Below are positions 21,085-30,439 of a stretch of DNA of 64,000 bases, piece by piece (position 1 is the stretch's first letter; every line of letters begins with the position of its first letter). Under the pieces are notes generated by a model that was given only the letters and a program-made list of their open reading frames with translations, was not told the origin of the DNA and made no database searches. The DNA lies in NCBI GenBank assembly GCA_963811105.1, contig CAWEPZ010000003.1, positions 63,957-127,956 of the forward strand, given 5' to 3'. Position numbers and translations under genes: made by a program. The DNA is from Candidatus Bathyarchaeota archaeon. Lineage in GTDB: Archaea > Thermoproteota > Bathyarchaeia > Bathyarchaeales > Bathycorpusculaceae.

Positions 21085-22361
21085 AAGCTGTACTTTTAGC
21101 TGCTGGCGCAGGAGTAAGACTCATGCCTATAACGGCCACACGCCCCAAACATTTGATTAAGGTGGGCGGAAAACCCATCTTGCAGTTTTGCTTGGAAGCC
21201 ATCAAAAACGCTGGAATTGATGAAGTTATAATAGTTACTCATTATATGGGCAAAGATATTCGGGATTATTTCGGTGACGGACAAAAACTTGGCTTATGCA
21301 TTTATTATGTTGAGCAAAAAGCCGTGCTTGGAACAGGAAATGCTGCAGGCGTCGCTGAACCATACATAGAAGACGATTTTGTTCTTATCTACGGCGATTT
21401 ATTGTTCGGTCAAGATGTAGTAAAAAGTGTGCTACAATTATATAAAAGTGGAAAAACAGCTGCAGTTATGGGCGTAGTTCCAGTTGACAAACCAGAGAGC
21501 TATGGCATAATCGAATTTGACGAAAACAAAAGGGTTAGACGCGTAGTGGAGAAACCAGAGGCTGGCAAAGCGCCTTCAAACTTAGCTAATGCTGGAATCT
21601 ACGTTTTCTCAAAACAAATTTTTGAGACAATAAAGCAAACAAAAGCTTCAATTCGCGGGGAATGGGAACTGACGGACGCTGTAACCATGCTTGCAGATGA
21701 GGGAAAAACGGTTTTAGCTGCTCAGCTTTCGAAGGATGACTGGTTTGATGTGGGTAGACCTTGGGATTTGCTGGATGCTAATGTTTGGGCGCTAAAACGT
21801 ATGAATCCCCAAGTTCTAGGTACTGTAGAGCAAGGTGCTCACATTGTCGGTTCAGTTTCAGTTGCAAAATCAGCTCGTATCCGCTCAGGGGCTTACATTG
21901 AAGGACCAAGCTTTATTGATGAAGAATGCGATGTTGGACCAAACTGTTACATTCGTCCAGGAACTAGCCTTGGCAAAAAAGTTCGCGTAGGCAACGCTTG
22001 CGAAATTAAAAATTGCATCATAATGGATGGCACGCATGTAGGGCATCTTTCTTATGTTGGCGACAGCGTTCTTGGTGAAAAGTGCAACTTGGGCGCAGGC
22101 ACGGTTACAGCTAATTATCGGCTGGATTCTGGATTGATCAAAATGATGGTTAAAGACCAACTCGTTAACACAGGCAGAAGGAAGCTGGGGACTGTGATGG
22201 GTGATAACGTGAAGACAGGGATCAAATCGTTGTTTATGCCCGGGGTAAAAGTTGGTGCGAACAGTTGGGTAGGGCCAAACCTTATGGTGGAACGCGATTT
22301 GCCAGCTAACACAATAGCTTTTCTTAAGCAAAGTTGTGAAATACGGGAAAAGAAGACTTGA
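21081..22361 (+). CDS. glmU: Bifunctional sugar-1-phosphate nucleotidylyltransferase/acetyltransferase
   Basis: LAAGAGVRL..RPK N-terminus, left-handed beta-helix C-terminus, HLSYVGDS. Confidence 0.9.
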   Translation: MKAVLLAAGAGVRLMPITATRPKHLIKVGGKPILQFCLEAIKNAGIDEVIIVTHYMGKDIRDYFGDGQKLGLCIYYVEQKAVLGTGNAAGVAEPYIEDDFVLIYGDLLFGQDVVKSVLQLYKSGKTAAVMGVVPVDKPESYGIIEFDENKRVRRVVEKPEAGKAPSNLANAGIYVFSKQIFETIKQTKASIRGEWELTDAVTMLADEGKTVLAAQLSKDDWFDVGRPWDLLDANVWALKRMNPQVLGTVEQGAHIVGSVSVAKSARIRSGAYIEGPSFIDEECDVGPNCYIRPGTSLGKKVRVGNACEIKNCIIMDGTHVGHLSYVGDSVLGEKCNLGAGTVTANYRLDSGLIKMMVKDQLVNTGRRKLGTVMGDNVKTGIKSLFMPGVKVGANSWVGPNLMVERDLPANTIAFLKQSCEIREKKT

Positions 22362-22505
22362 GATTACTTTTCAAATTCAACTGTTCCTTGCTTTGCAGAA
22401 TTGATGTATGGTAAAATTAAGCTTGCAGACGTCTTTTAGTTTGGTATTTAAATCAAAGATAAATAGTGGTAGTGCAATTTCGTTACACTATTGGAGAAAT
22501 AAAAG

Positions 22506-22928
22506 TTGTCTGTAGCGCAAAGAAAATATTTCACCGAAATCGCAGCGTTAGCAGATAAAACGGTGTCTGTAGTGACAACTACTGGAAAAACATTCAACGG
22601 CACACTCATCGGTATTAACCCCGACAACATGAGTCTTTGCATTGCTGATGCAAAAGACGAAACCGGAAACTTGCTTCACAGAGTATTCTTAAATGGAAAT
22701 GTTGTTGCACAAATAAATAGCGCAGAAAAACCCTTCGATCTCAAAGCTTTAGCTGCAAGGCTTGAAAAAGTTTTCCCGACAATGGTTAAGCTTTATGATG
22801 ACAAAGGATTCATTTGGGTAATGGACAAAGTAAAACTAACCGATAGAGGCGTTGTTGAAGGTTCAGGTCCAGCTGCTGATCGAGTGCAGAAAGTCTACGA
22901 ACAGTTCATGAGTGAAGTCAAACCCTAA
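22506..22928 (+). CDS. Lsm/SmAP3 RNA-binding protein
   Basis: Sm1/Sm2-like N-domain plus C-terminal extension (GSGPAADRV). Confidence 0.85.
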   Translation: MSVAQRKYFTEIAALADKTVSVVTTTGKTFNGTLIGINPDNMSLCIADAKDETGNLLHRVFLNGNVVAQINSAEKPFDLKALAARLEKVFPTMVKLYDDKGFIWVMDKVKLTDRGVVEGSGPAADRVQKVYEQFMSEVKP

Positions 22929-23677
22929 ATAAACCAGCGCAGTTGCTGCTCTTCTTTCTTCTTTTCTTCTGTTATGCTTCTGATGATGCCAAAGGATTCT
23001 AGCACTTTCTTTATTTCGGATGCACTGTCTTCAAGCTTCGAGAGGTCAACGTTTAGGTTCAAGTATTTTTCCAGCGTAATTAGTGCGTAGCGTGCTGCGT
23101 TAATATCAGGGTTCATCCCGGGCGTATCAATCAGCAAAGAGAAACCCTTCATGTCTCTAATCTTTGCTAAACCAATGGATAAGCCAGCGATGCCAAAAAC
23201 ATGTCCAACCATCACTTTTGTTCCCAAATCCAACGCCGCCTGCATAGTTTCCTCATCTGTGGCTGTACTATAAATCCCGGGAATTGGTTGAGCTTCATCT
23301 TTTTTGAATCCGCCAATTGAAATTACTAAACGGCAGCCGAACTCCTGTACCAAGTCAAGCACTTTACTGCATAGCTCGTATTGCCCGACAGTTGTTAGGG
23401 CCTGCGTGTTCCCATACCAAATGATCAAGTCGCGTGCGCCTTCTTCTCGCTTGGCGTAATAGAGTTCGTTTATCGGCGAGAGTGCTCCGCCATCGCCAGT
23501 TGTTACTGCAAAATCTTGGAATGATGAGGAAAAAATTTGAACAAACCGTTTAGCTTTCAGCTCTTTTATCATGTGTAGCGCTGCAATGTTAGCTACGAAC
23601 CCTATGCCTGGTAAGCCTTCTATCAGTATTGGGTCGTTTAGTTTGGGTTTTTCGCTAATATCTATCGAGCAAACCAT
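22925..23677 (-). CDS. PAC2 family proteasome assembly chaperone-like protein
   Basis: LIEGLPGIGFV, IGGF, PD..AAR motifs. Confidence 0.88.
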   Translation of the reverse strand: MVCSIDISEKPKLNDPILIEGLPGIGFVANIAALHMIKELKAKRFVQIFSSSFQDFAVTTGDGGALSPINELYYAKREEGARDLIIWYGNTQALTTVGQYELCSKVLDLVQEFGCRLVISIGGFKKDEAQPIPGIYSTATDEETMQAALDLGTKVMVGHVFGIAGLSIGLAKIRDMKGFSLLIDTPGMNPDINAARYALITLEKYLNLNVDLSKLEDSASEIKKVLESFGIIRSITEEKKKEEQQLRWFI

Positions 23678-23794
23678 GATTTTCGCATCTCGCTTTTTAT
23701 AGAGAAACAATGCGATATAAGCATGCCTAATCTATTAGAGTTGCAACATTAATCTTGTTAGAAACAGTATTGTTTTATCAGGATTTGGCGTTTG

Positions 23795-24217
23795 TTAGGT
23801 CTCTTTCTTCTGTGGCCTTCTAGTAACGTAGCCGAGAATGAATCCTGTGCTGACCACATTTGCGTTAAAAGAAGCAGAACTGAACACTAACGCCTGAACT
23901 GGTTTAGCAAATCCCAACGCCAAGTTGGTAATTGTAACTCCTGATAATACTATTAAGACCAGGGGAGGTATAAGAACCGCCCATAATCTTTTGTCAACCC
24001 ATTCCTTGCTAACTATTATAAGCGAGGAGAAACCGAAAAGTATGCTTGCTATAAAAAGTAAACCATTCGTAAACTCAAATGGAACAGGCATGCTTACGGG
24101 CACATGTTTTATCAAGTATACATCGATAAATGGAAGAACAATGCCAACTGGGAAACCGACAGATAGAAGCGTTGCCCAAATTAAGCGAATTCTGCGTGTT
24201 TTCTTTAACTGACCCAT
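23795..24217 (-). CDS. Hypothetical membrane protein (about 4 TM)
   Basis: Hydrophobic ORF filling the intergenic gap. Confidence 0.6.
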   Translation of the reverse strand: MGQLKKTRRIRLIWATLLSVGFPVGIVLPFIDVYLIKHVPVSMPVPFEFTNGLLFIASILFGFSSLIIVSKEWVDKRLWAVLIPPLVLIVLSGVTITNLALGFAKPVQALVFSSASFNANVVSTGFILGYVTRRPQKKET

Positions 24218-24342
24218 TGAACCACAACAGAGAATCATTATAACTCTACAATAAATACGCTTTTCAAAAGAAATCAAGTTTCATAGCTTTTTGGGCTAAC
24301 GTTTTTTATAATCGGGAAGCGATTCTTGTTTAGGTTTCAACG

Positions 24343-25968
24343 TTGAGTTTCGAAATAAAAGAAAAAGACTTGCTGGGCAGAATAGGCAAATTAAAAACGA
24401 AAAGTGGAATAGTGGAAACGCCGCTCTTATATCCAGTAATCAACCCAAGCATTCAGCTTGTAACACCTAGAAGGCTTAAGGAAACTTTTGGGTTTGAAGC
24501 AGTAATAACTAACGCTTACATACTCAAAAAACGCTATGGTGAAAAAGTCGTCAACGAGGGATTGCACAAGTTTCTAGATTTCGATGGAGCAGTCATGACT
24601 GATTCTGGCGCTTATCAAATACTTGTTTACGGCGAAGTGGAGGTCAGCCAAAAAGAAATCGTTGAGTATCAAGAGGACATCGGTAGCGACATTGCAACTA
24701 TGCTTGACATACCAACTGGGTGGAAAATAACCAAAGAACAAGCTCAAACAACTGTCGCTGAAACCCTTCGACGGGCAAAGTCTTTCTTTGAAACCAAGAC
24801 GCGAGATGATATTTTATGGGTTGGACCGGTGCAAGGCGGAAGACACCTTGATCTTGTGGCAAGCTCAGCAGTTGAAATGGGGAAGTTACCATTTCAAATC
24901 CATGCCTTAGGAAGCCCAACGGAAGTTATGGAAAATTATCGCTATGATGTACTAGCTGATATGATATTGACCGCGAAGAAAGGTTTACCCATAGAGCGTC
25001 CTTTGCATTTGTTTGGGGCTGGTCACCCATCGATGTTCTCGTTGGCAGTAGCTCTGGGCTGTGACCTTTTCGATTCAGCAGCTTACGTCTTGTATGCTCG
25101 TGAAAACCGCTACATGACTGAGAATGGAACATGGCATCTTGAAGAGCTAGATTGTTTTCCATGCTCATGCCCAAAGTGCTCAAGTGAAACACCGCAAGGG
25201 CTTGAGCGGAAAACGAAGAAAGAACGAGAGGTTTTCTTAGCTGAGCACAACTTGTATGTTAGTATTGCAGAGTTACGACGAATAAAACAAGCGATAAGAG
25301 ATGGCAGATTATGGGAACATACAGAGATGCGCGTCCATAATCATCCAGCTTTGCTTTCCGCCCTTAAAAAACTGCGTAGCCACAGCGATTTCCTTGAAAC
25401 TTATAGCCCCAGAGTGAAATCGAAGGGGTTCTTCTATTTTGATTCTGCTGGGCTTGTACGTCCAGAAATCACACATTACCACAAGCAACTAAACGCAAAT
25501 TATGAGCCGCCGAGGGAAAGCAAGGTTCTTTTTCTTGTTCCACAAACCAGAAATAAGCCTTTTCATAAGGCTCCAGAGTTTAAGAAAATTCGGCAGCTTT
25601 TCCGTAAATTGGGTGAAGAGTCGGCTTCGAAAATTCACGTTTGCGTTTACGCTGCGCCCTTCGGTGTTGTTCCATTGGAGCTTGACGAGGTTTATCCGCT
25701 TAGTCAGCATGAGGCTGCAATGCCACTTGACTTGGAAACGATGAATTACGTAGCAAACGAAACTGAAGCATACATAAAGCGCACAGGTTACGTTAGTGTT
25801 GTTTTGCTTAATGAGCCTAGACTTTGGAAAAACACGGTTAAAAAAGCCGTTACGTCAGCTTGCAAAACAAAGAGTTTAGCTTTTGAATGCGTTGAGGCAG
25901 ATGTAGCTGGAAGCAAAGAGATTTTAGTTCGTTTAGAGAACATTTTTCGAAAACAATTGAGCGAATAA
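24343..25968 (+). CDS. tgtA: Archaeosine tRNA-guanine(15) transglycosylase
   Basis: MTDSGAYQ, GPVQGG, HLFGAGHP, FDSAAY, CSCPKC zinc motif. Confidence 0.95.
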   Translation: MSFEIKEKDLLGRIGKLKTKSGIVETPLLYPVINPSIQLVTPRRLKETFGFEAVITNAYILKKRYGEKVVNEGLHKFLDFDGAVMTDSGAYQILVYGEVEVSQKEIVEYQEDIGSDIATMLDIPTGWKITKEQAQTTVAETLRRAKSFFETKTRDDILWVGPVQGGRHLDLVASSAVEMGKLPFQIHALGSPTEVMENYRYDVLADMILTAKKGLPIERPLHLFGAGHPSMFSLAVALGCDLFDSAAYVLYARENRYMTENGTWHLEELDCFPCSCPKCSSETPQGLERKTKKEREVFLAEHNLYVSIAELRRIKQAIRDGRLWEHTEMRVHNHPALLSALKKLRSHSDFLETYSPRVKSKGFFYFDSAGLVRPEITHYHKQLNANYEPPRESKVLFLVPQTRNKPFHKAPEFKKIRQLFRKLGEESASKIHVCVYAAPFGVVPLELDEVYPLSQHEAAMPLDLETMNYVANETEAYIKRTGYVSVVLLNEPRLWKNTVKKAVTSACKTKSLAFECVEADVAGSKEILVRLENIFRKQLSE

Positions 25969-26077
25969 CTTTGATTCATGCTGATTTAAATGCAGTTGTT
26001 TACATCTCTAATCACATTAACCTCGTTGAAGATTACTTCGCAGAATCAAAATTGAATGCTGGATAAGAGAAAAGCAC

Positions 26078-26390
26078 ATACACGGCTATACGAAGTTTCT
26101 ACAAACATTGCAAAGCTAAACTGCCAAGCTACCCCATAAACTTCAAAGATAAAACAGCCCTGAAACCGATTGTTTCACAACAACCAATTACCCTCGATGA
26201 AATGCGCCAGCTATTGACAAATGCTAAGCCAAGAGAACAGGCCATGTTTCTAATCCAACTACAGACAGGAATGGACCGCTCAACTTTCGCAGAGTGTTTC
26301 AACCTCTACAGCTGGAATCAGATCGTTAAGCAATTAGGCAACGAAGACCCAGCACTCTAGGACCTATCAAATGTACCTATCCAACTTTAC
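26078..26390 (+). pseudogene. Tyrosine-recombinase (integrase)-like remnant
   Basis: YTAIRSFYKH...TLDEMRQLL..AKPREQAMFLIQLQTGM then an in-frame stop; truncated. Confidence 0.6.
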
Positions 26391-26886
26391 TGATGTATGG
26401 TTTAGAGACTACGTCACTTATTGCCATAACAAAAAAATAAAGCCAAAAACACAGGGCGCCTTCATAGGCACAATAAAACAACATTTGCCTGGAGCAGAGA
26501 AAGCAAAGATCAGGTCTGTTCCAGACGCCAGCCCTTTATCAGCATGGAGATACGTTACTTTTGTTCCAGCTGTTCCAGGTGTTCCAACCTCTGATACAAC
26601 TATTTCAGGAACGAAAAAAAACGAGGTGCAAAAAAAGCTAAATTATGAAAAGTTTAGTGAAAAGGTCGGAACAGGTGGAACACCTGGAACAGATAGTAAA
26701 CGTGAATGTGGTAAATGCGCCAAATTTGGAAGGTCATTCTATCCAGCTTGTAGTTTTCCACATGGAATAACAAATAACGGAAAACATTGTGATTACGCAG
26801 AAAATTGCCAAGACTATGAAGGTATAGAGCAGCTGCCACGCGCCGAATCCGGGGATTACCCAGAGCCAGAGGAGCCTTCGCAATGA
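26371..26886 (+). pseudogene. C-terminal remnant of a viral/plasmid primase-helicase-like protein
   Basis: Y..YC....IKP..QGAF winged-helix-like segment, VP-repeat linker, Cys-rich tail. Confidence 0.45.
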
Positions 26887-26929
26887 GTGCCCCTTTCATG
26901 TTTGATGACTTCAAAGACAAAATACGCCG

Positions 26930-27345
26930 ACATAATAGTGAAGAAGAGGCGTCGTCTTGCAGGATCATCGCGCAGCTGCTTGCGAATTTTCTCCAAAATC
27001 CCCAGTTTTAATGGTCCGTTGGGTTCTTGGGCTCGCTCCCAGGTTAGGTGATGCCTGGCGAAATCATCAAAGTTCGCTTTGATGCAGATTCGCCAAAAGA
27101 GGCTGTCCGTGTTCCATGGTGTGCTTGTGCAGATGAATTTGCCGTTTGTCGTTCCTAGCGTGAAGAGAGCTGCGTCGTAGAGGTCTTCGGCGTTTGGTAT
27201 GAAGTTGAATTCGTCGGCATAGACCACGTGCAAGGTGGGCCCTCGGATGGTATCCGGGTTGTTTGGGAAAGCCTCAATGACACTTCCATTAGAACAAGAT
27301 ATCTTCGTTTTCTGCACAGTAATTTTGGAACCAGACGGCAGCCGC
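26930..27345 (-). pseudogene. Terminase large subunit ATPase fragment
   Basis: NGSVIEAFP..PDTIRG.T..VVYADEFNF, STPW motifs; truncated at both ends. Confidence 0.8.
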
Positions 27346-27347
27346 AG

Positions 27348-27799
27348 TTATTTGGCCTGAGGGTTAGTGGATTTTTTTGTAAGCTCCGCATACTTCTCCC
27401 TCCATTCTAACATTTCAGTTCTAGCCCACGATAATCGACGTACTCTGCTATGAGCTCCTGGTACACTTTCACGCCCTGGATGATGCTGCGTAAACGCAAA
27501 ACATCCGTCTTATCCAACTTTGGCGTCTCAAGACCTTTCAAGGCTCCAACTAAGGTCTTGAGTTTTTCCTCAATTGAAGGCAACTCATCTGGCAAAATTA
27601 ACTTATCAAGGGTAGTTGTTGATGGCGTGTTTTTTTCACTCGCATCAACAACTTCTAAGTCTAATCGAGATGTTTTCATTTGTACAGAGGTAAGGCTTTT
27701 GCCCAGAAACTTTGCAATTGAACGCATAGACTTTTTTTCTGTTACGAGCTGTCGAAGTTGCCTTTCATCTTCAACACTCCAAGGTTTACCCTTCGCCAT
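27348..27799 (-). pseudogene. Myb/HTH-like viral protein upstream of terminase (possible small subunit), copy 1, 1-bp deletion
   Basis: MAKGKPWSVEDERQL; 452 bp versus 453 bp for the paralog at 38144-38596. Confidence 0.65.
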
Positions 27800-27958
27800 T
27801 AGGATCTTCCTGTCCTGCTGCAGACTTCTCGGGCTATTGGTTTTCCGCTGATGATTCTGTTCCACATGTTCCAAGTGTTCCAGGCTTTCTGAGTTATTGT
27901 TTTAAGATTCAATGTTTTTTTCCTACAAATAACCCGATTATGATTCCGGTTAGGCCTG
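27348..27958. repeat. Diverged direct repeat, copy 1 (copy 2 at 38144-38751)
   Basis: About 610 bp colinear similarity, same orientation. Confidence 0.9.
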
Positions 27959-28482
27959 TAATGGTTGCACCAATCAACTGAAATGAGGTTCCCTGGCTTA
28001 ACATCCTCCAAAAGCTTAAAGTTTTGCTTACTCACAAGCATTCAACCTAGTACACCACTTCTGTAGTATGCTAACTGCTTTTATGTCTTAAGATTGCATT
28101 AACGATACTAGCACTAATACACCAACAAAAAATTGGTCAAAAAAAGGCATGAACTACTGCAGCTGAAGGATTTATGCAAATAAATGTGCTGTAGTGAATC
28201 ATATGAAAGCTGTTATCGCAAGTTTTAAGCCAAGTAACAAGATATAAGACAAGTGAAGTGAGAGAAGCCGCTGGCACAGAACGTGCTGGGATAGGCTATC
28301 ACACTGACGTGAATTACACGTAAACAATAACCTTTCAACACAGAGTGGTTGCGAGAAGCAAACTACGCTATTTCTCTCTCAAAAAAATGGACATCTTAAT
28401 CGAGACATAGTCGCCAAAAGCGGCTCACCTTCACTTCCAAAACTAACAGTGAAGAATGAAAGATGAGAAGGGAGGTGAAAAA

Positions 28483-29885
28483 ATGAAAAGAAAAGTAATT
28501 CTTGGAGTCATTCTAACAGTCACATTATTATTCCTAACAATAGTCGCGGCAAACACTTCAATGTTCGCCCTTAGCCAAGACAATAACATTAGCGATAGCA
28601 ATAACGTAACACTTACCGGCGCTGCTGGTGATGTGATATTCCAGTTGCCCTCAAACTCTTCGCCGCCAGCACCACCAGGAGGCACTCCAAACCACCCCAC
28701 CATACTATGGATTATTGCTTTGCATTTTGACAAAGGATCTACTGAAGGCGCATTTGATGGATTATCGGTTCATATGTGGAGACCAGTAAAACATGAGTTC
28801 GATCCCGTTGCTTTGATCACGGATAGTGCAAATCATGCTGCGCTCTTAAAGACTGTGTATAACCAGACTTACGTTTGGTATCCCACTGGTCCACCAGTAT
28901 TCCCTATATTCACTAATTTATTCCCAAACGTCATTCAAGTTGAACCTCAAGACCTGCAGGTTTGGACAGAATCAAACGGACATAAAGGCGCAAGCTCTGC
29001 CATCGACACACTCAACGCTAACCTAACAAAGGCAGTAACAATTACACTTCCATACTACAACGCAACTGGAGTAAACAGCAATCAGACCTTCACATTGCCG
29101 CCATTGAGTCTAATGTTCAAAGTAATCAGCAGCGAATTTAACGATCCATTTACTGTTGAGTTCAAGGGCTATCCTGGCGCATCTAACTATACTTTTGTAC
29201 GTTCAGGATCATCTCAGTTTGCAGCGGTTCGTATCAATATTCCCGACTGGTTAAGTGCAGACCCTCTATCGGCTATGTCGAAGCAACAGGGCATGTACAC
29301 TTGCATTTTGTCGACACTTATACACCGCCAGCATCGGTTTCAAGCTGGTTCTCAGACCCATTTGGCCCAGTATGGGGCATTCATGATACAGGGGCAATGA
29401 GCATCTATGCAAGTGGGACTTCAAACACTTTTGGTAACACAAACATCGGAACTTATCAGGATGGGAATGACGCTAACGCTAAATCTGCCTCCTACTTCAA
29501 GTGCAGCTATACTGGAACGGTAACTGACATTTTCGCTTACGTTGCTCGGGTAGGTGCTGCAGGAGATGGTGCGGCTGCAATCTACGCTGATAACGCAGGT
29601 TCACCGGGAGCCTTAATTGCATCAACGAACAAGGCATCTATTGGCACGGCTTATTCTTGGGTTGACTTCCACTTGCCATCACCAGTCAGCGTAACTTCAG
29701 GAACAGTCTATTGGCTTGCAATCTCAAGCAACAACGCCTTAAACCTAAACATAGTCGCTGGATCAGGTGTACGCGTTCATAACGGGATTTGAAGCTGGTT
29801 CTCAGACCCGTTCGGCCCAGTATGGGACATTCATGATGCAGGCGCAATGAGTATCTACGCAACAGGTTTGTACACTCGACAATAA
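28483..29885 (+). pseudogene. Secreted protein with C-terminal beta-sandwich (DUF4082-like) module; disrupted
   Basis: GGAGGTGA SD, signal peptide; frameshift near 29260 and in-frame TGA at 29790. Confidence 0.65.
29342..29862 (+). repeat. ~70-bp direct repeat at 450-bp spacing (29342-29412 and 29792-29862)
   Basis: Both copies encode SWFSDPFGPVW.IHD.GAMSIYA. Confidence 0.9.
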
Positions 29886-30439
29886 ACACCTCTCAGAAAC
29901 AGCAAACATTCATCATAGGACGAGGAAAACCTCACAAAAACCTCTTTTTCTTTGAAGAGAAAAAATCTTTGTTTACTCAAGCAATATTGCGAGTTAAGAA
30001 ATTTTTGCTTTCAAGATAAATAACTTTCGTTAGGATTTACCACAAAAAATTCTAAAAAAAAACCATGTGTCCATAATTAACATACAAGATTGCGAAAAAA
30101 AAATTCTTCAAAATTTTTTATGTCCAACTATAGCGTCTGCACGAACTCATCTTAGATATTCACAGCTTATCTGGGGAATTATTAACAGGTTAGAAGCCTT
30201 AAGCTCCAACAGTACCTGTTTTGACTTTTCCAGCTCGCTTGTAATTGGCAATAATCACTCCACTTGGCGTAGTGACTTAACTATTGCACTGTTCTTTGGT
30301 GATGCATTGATTTATCCTTCACCATCGACGACTTTCACGAGTTTCACAACATAGTTTTATAACTAAAACCATGACATATGAGCCATTGTTGAGCGATAAG
30401 TTTTACACTTTAGTTCAAACAAAATTAGAGAGAAGAAAA

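Noticed and set aside
220-25979. Numerous short antisense or overlapping ORFs in the track
   Set aside because: They shadow well-supported genes and have no recognisable motifs.
29790-29792. Selenocysteine or readthrough at an in-frame TGA
   Set aside because: The paralogous repeat has TCA (Ser) and the gene has a second lesion; no SECIS evidence.
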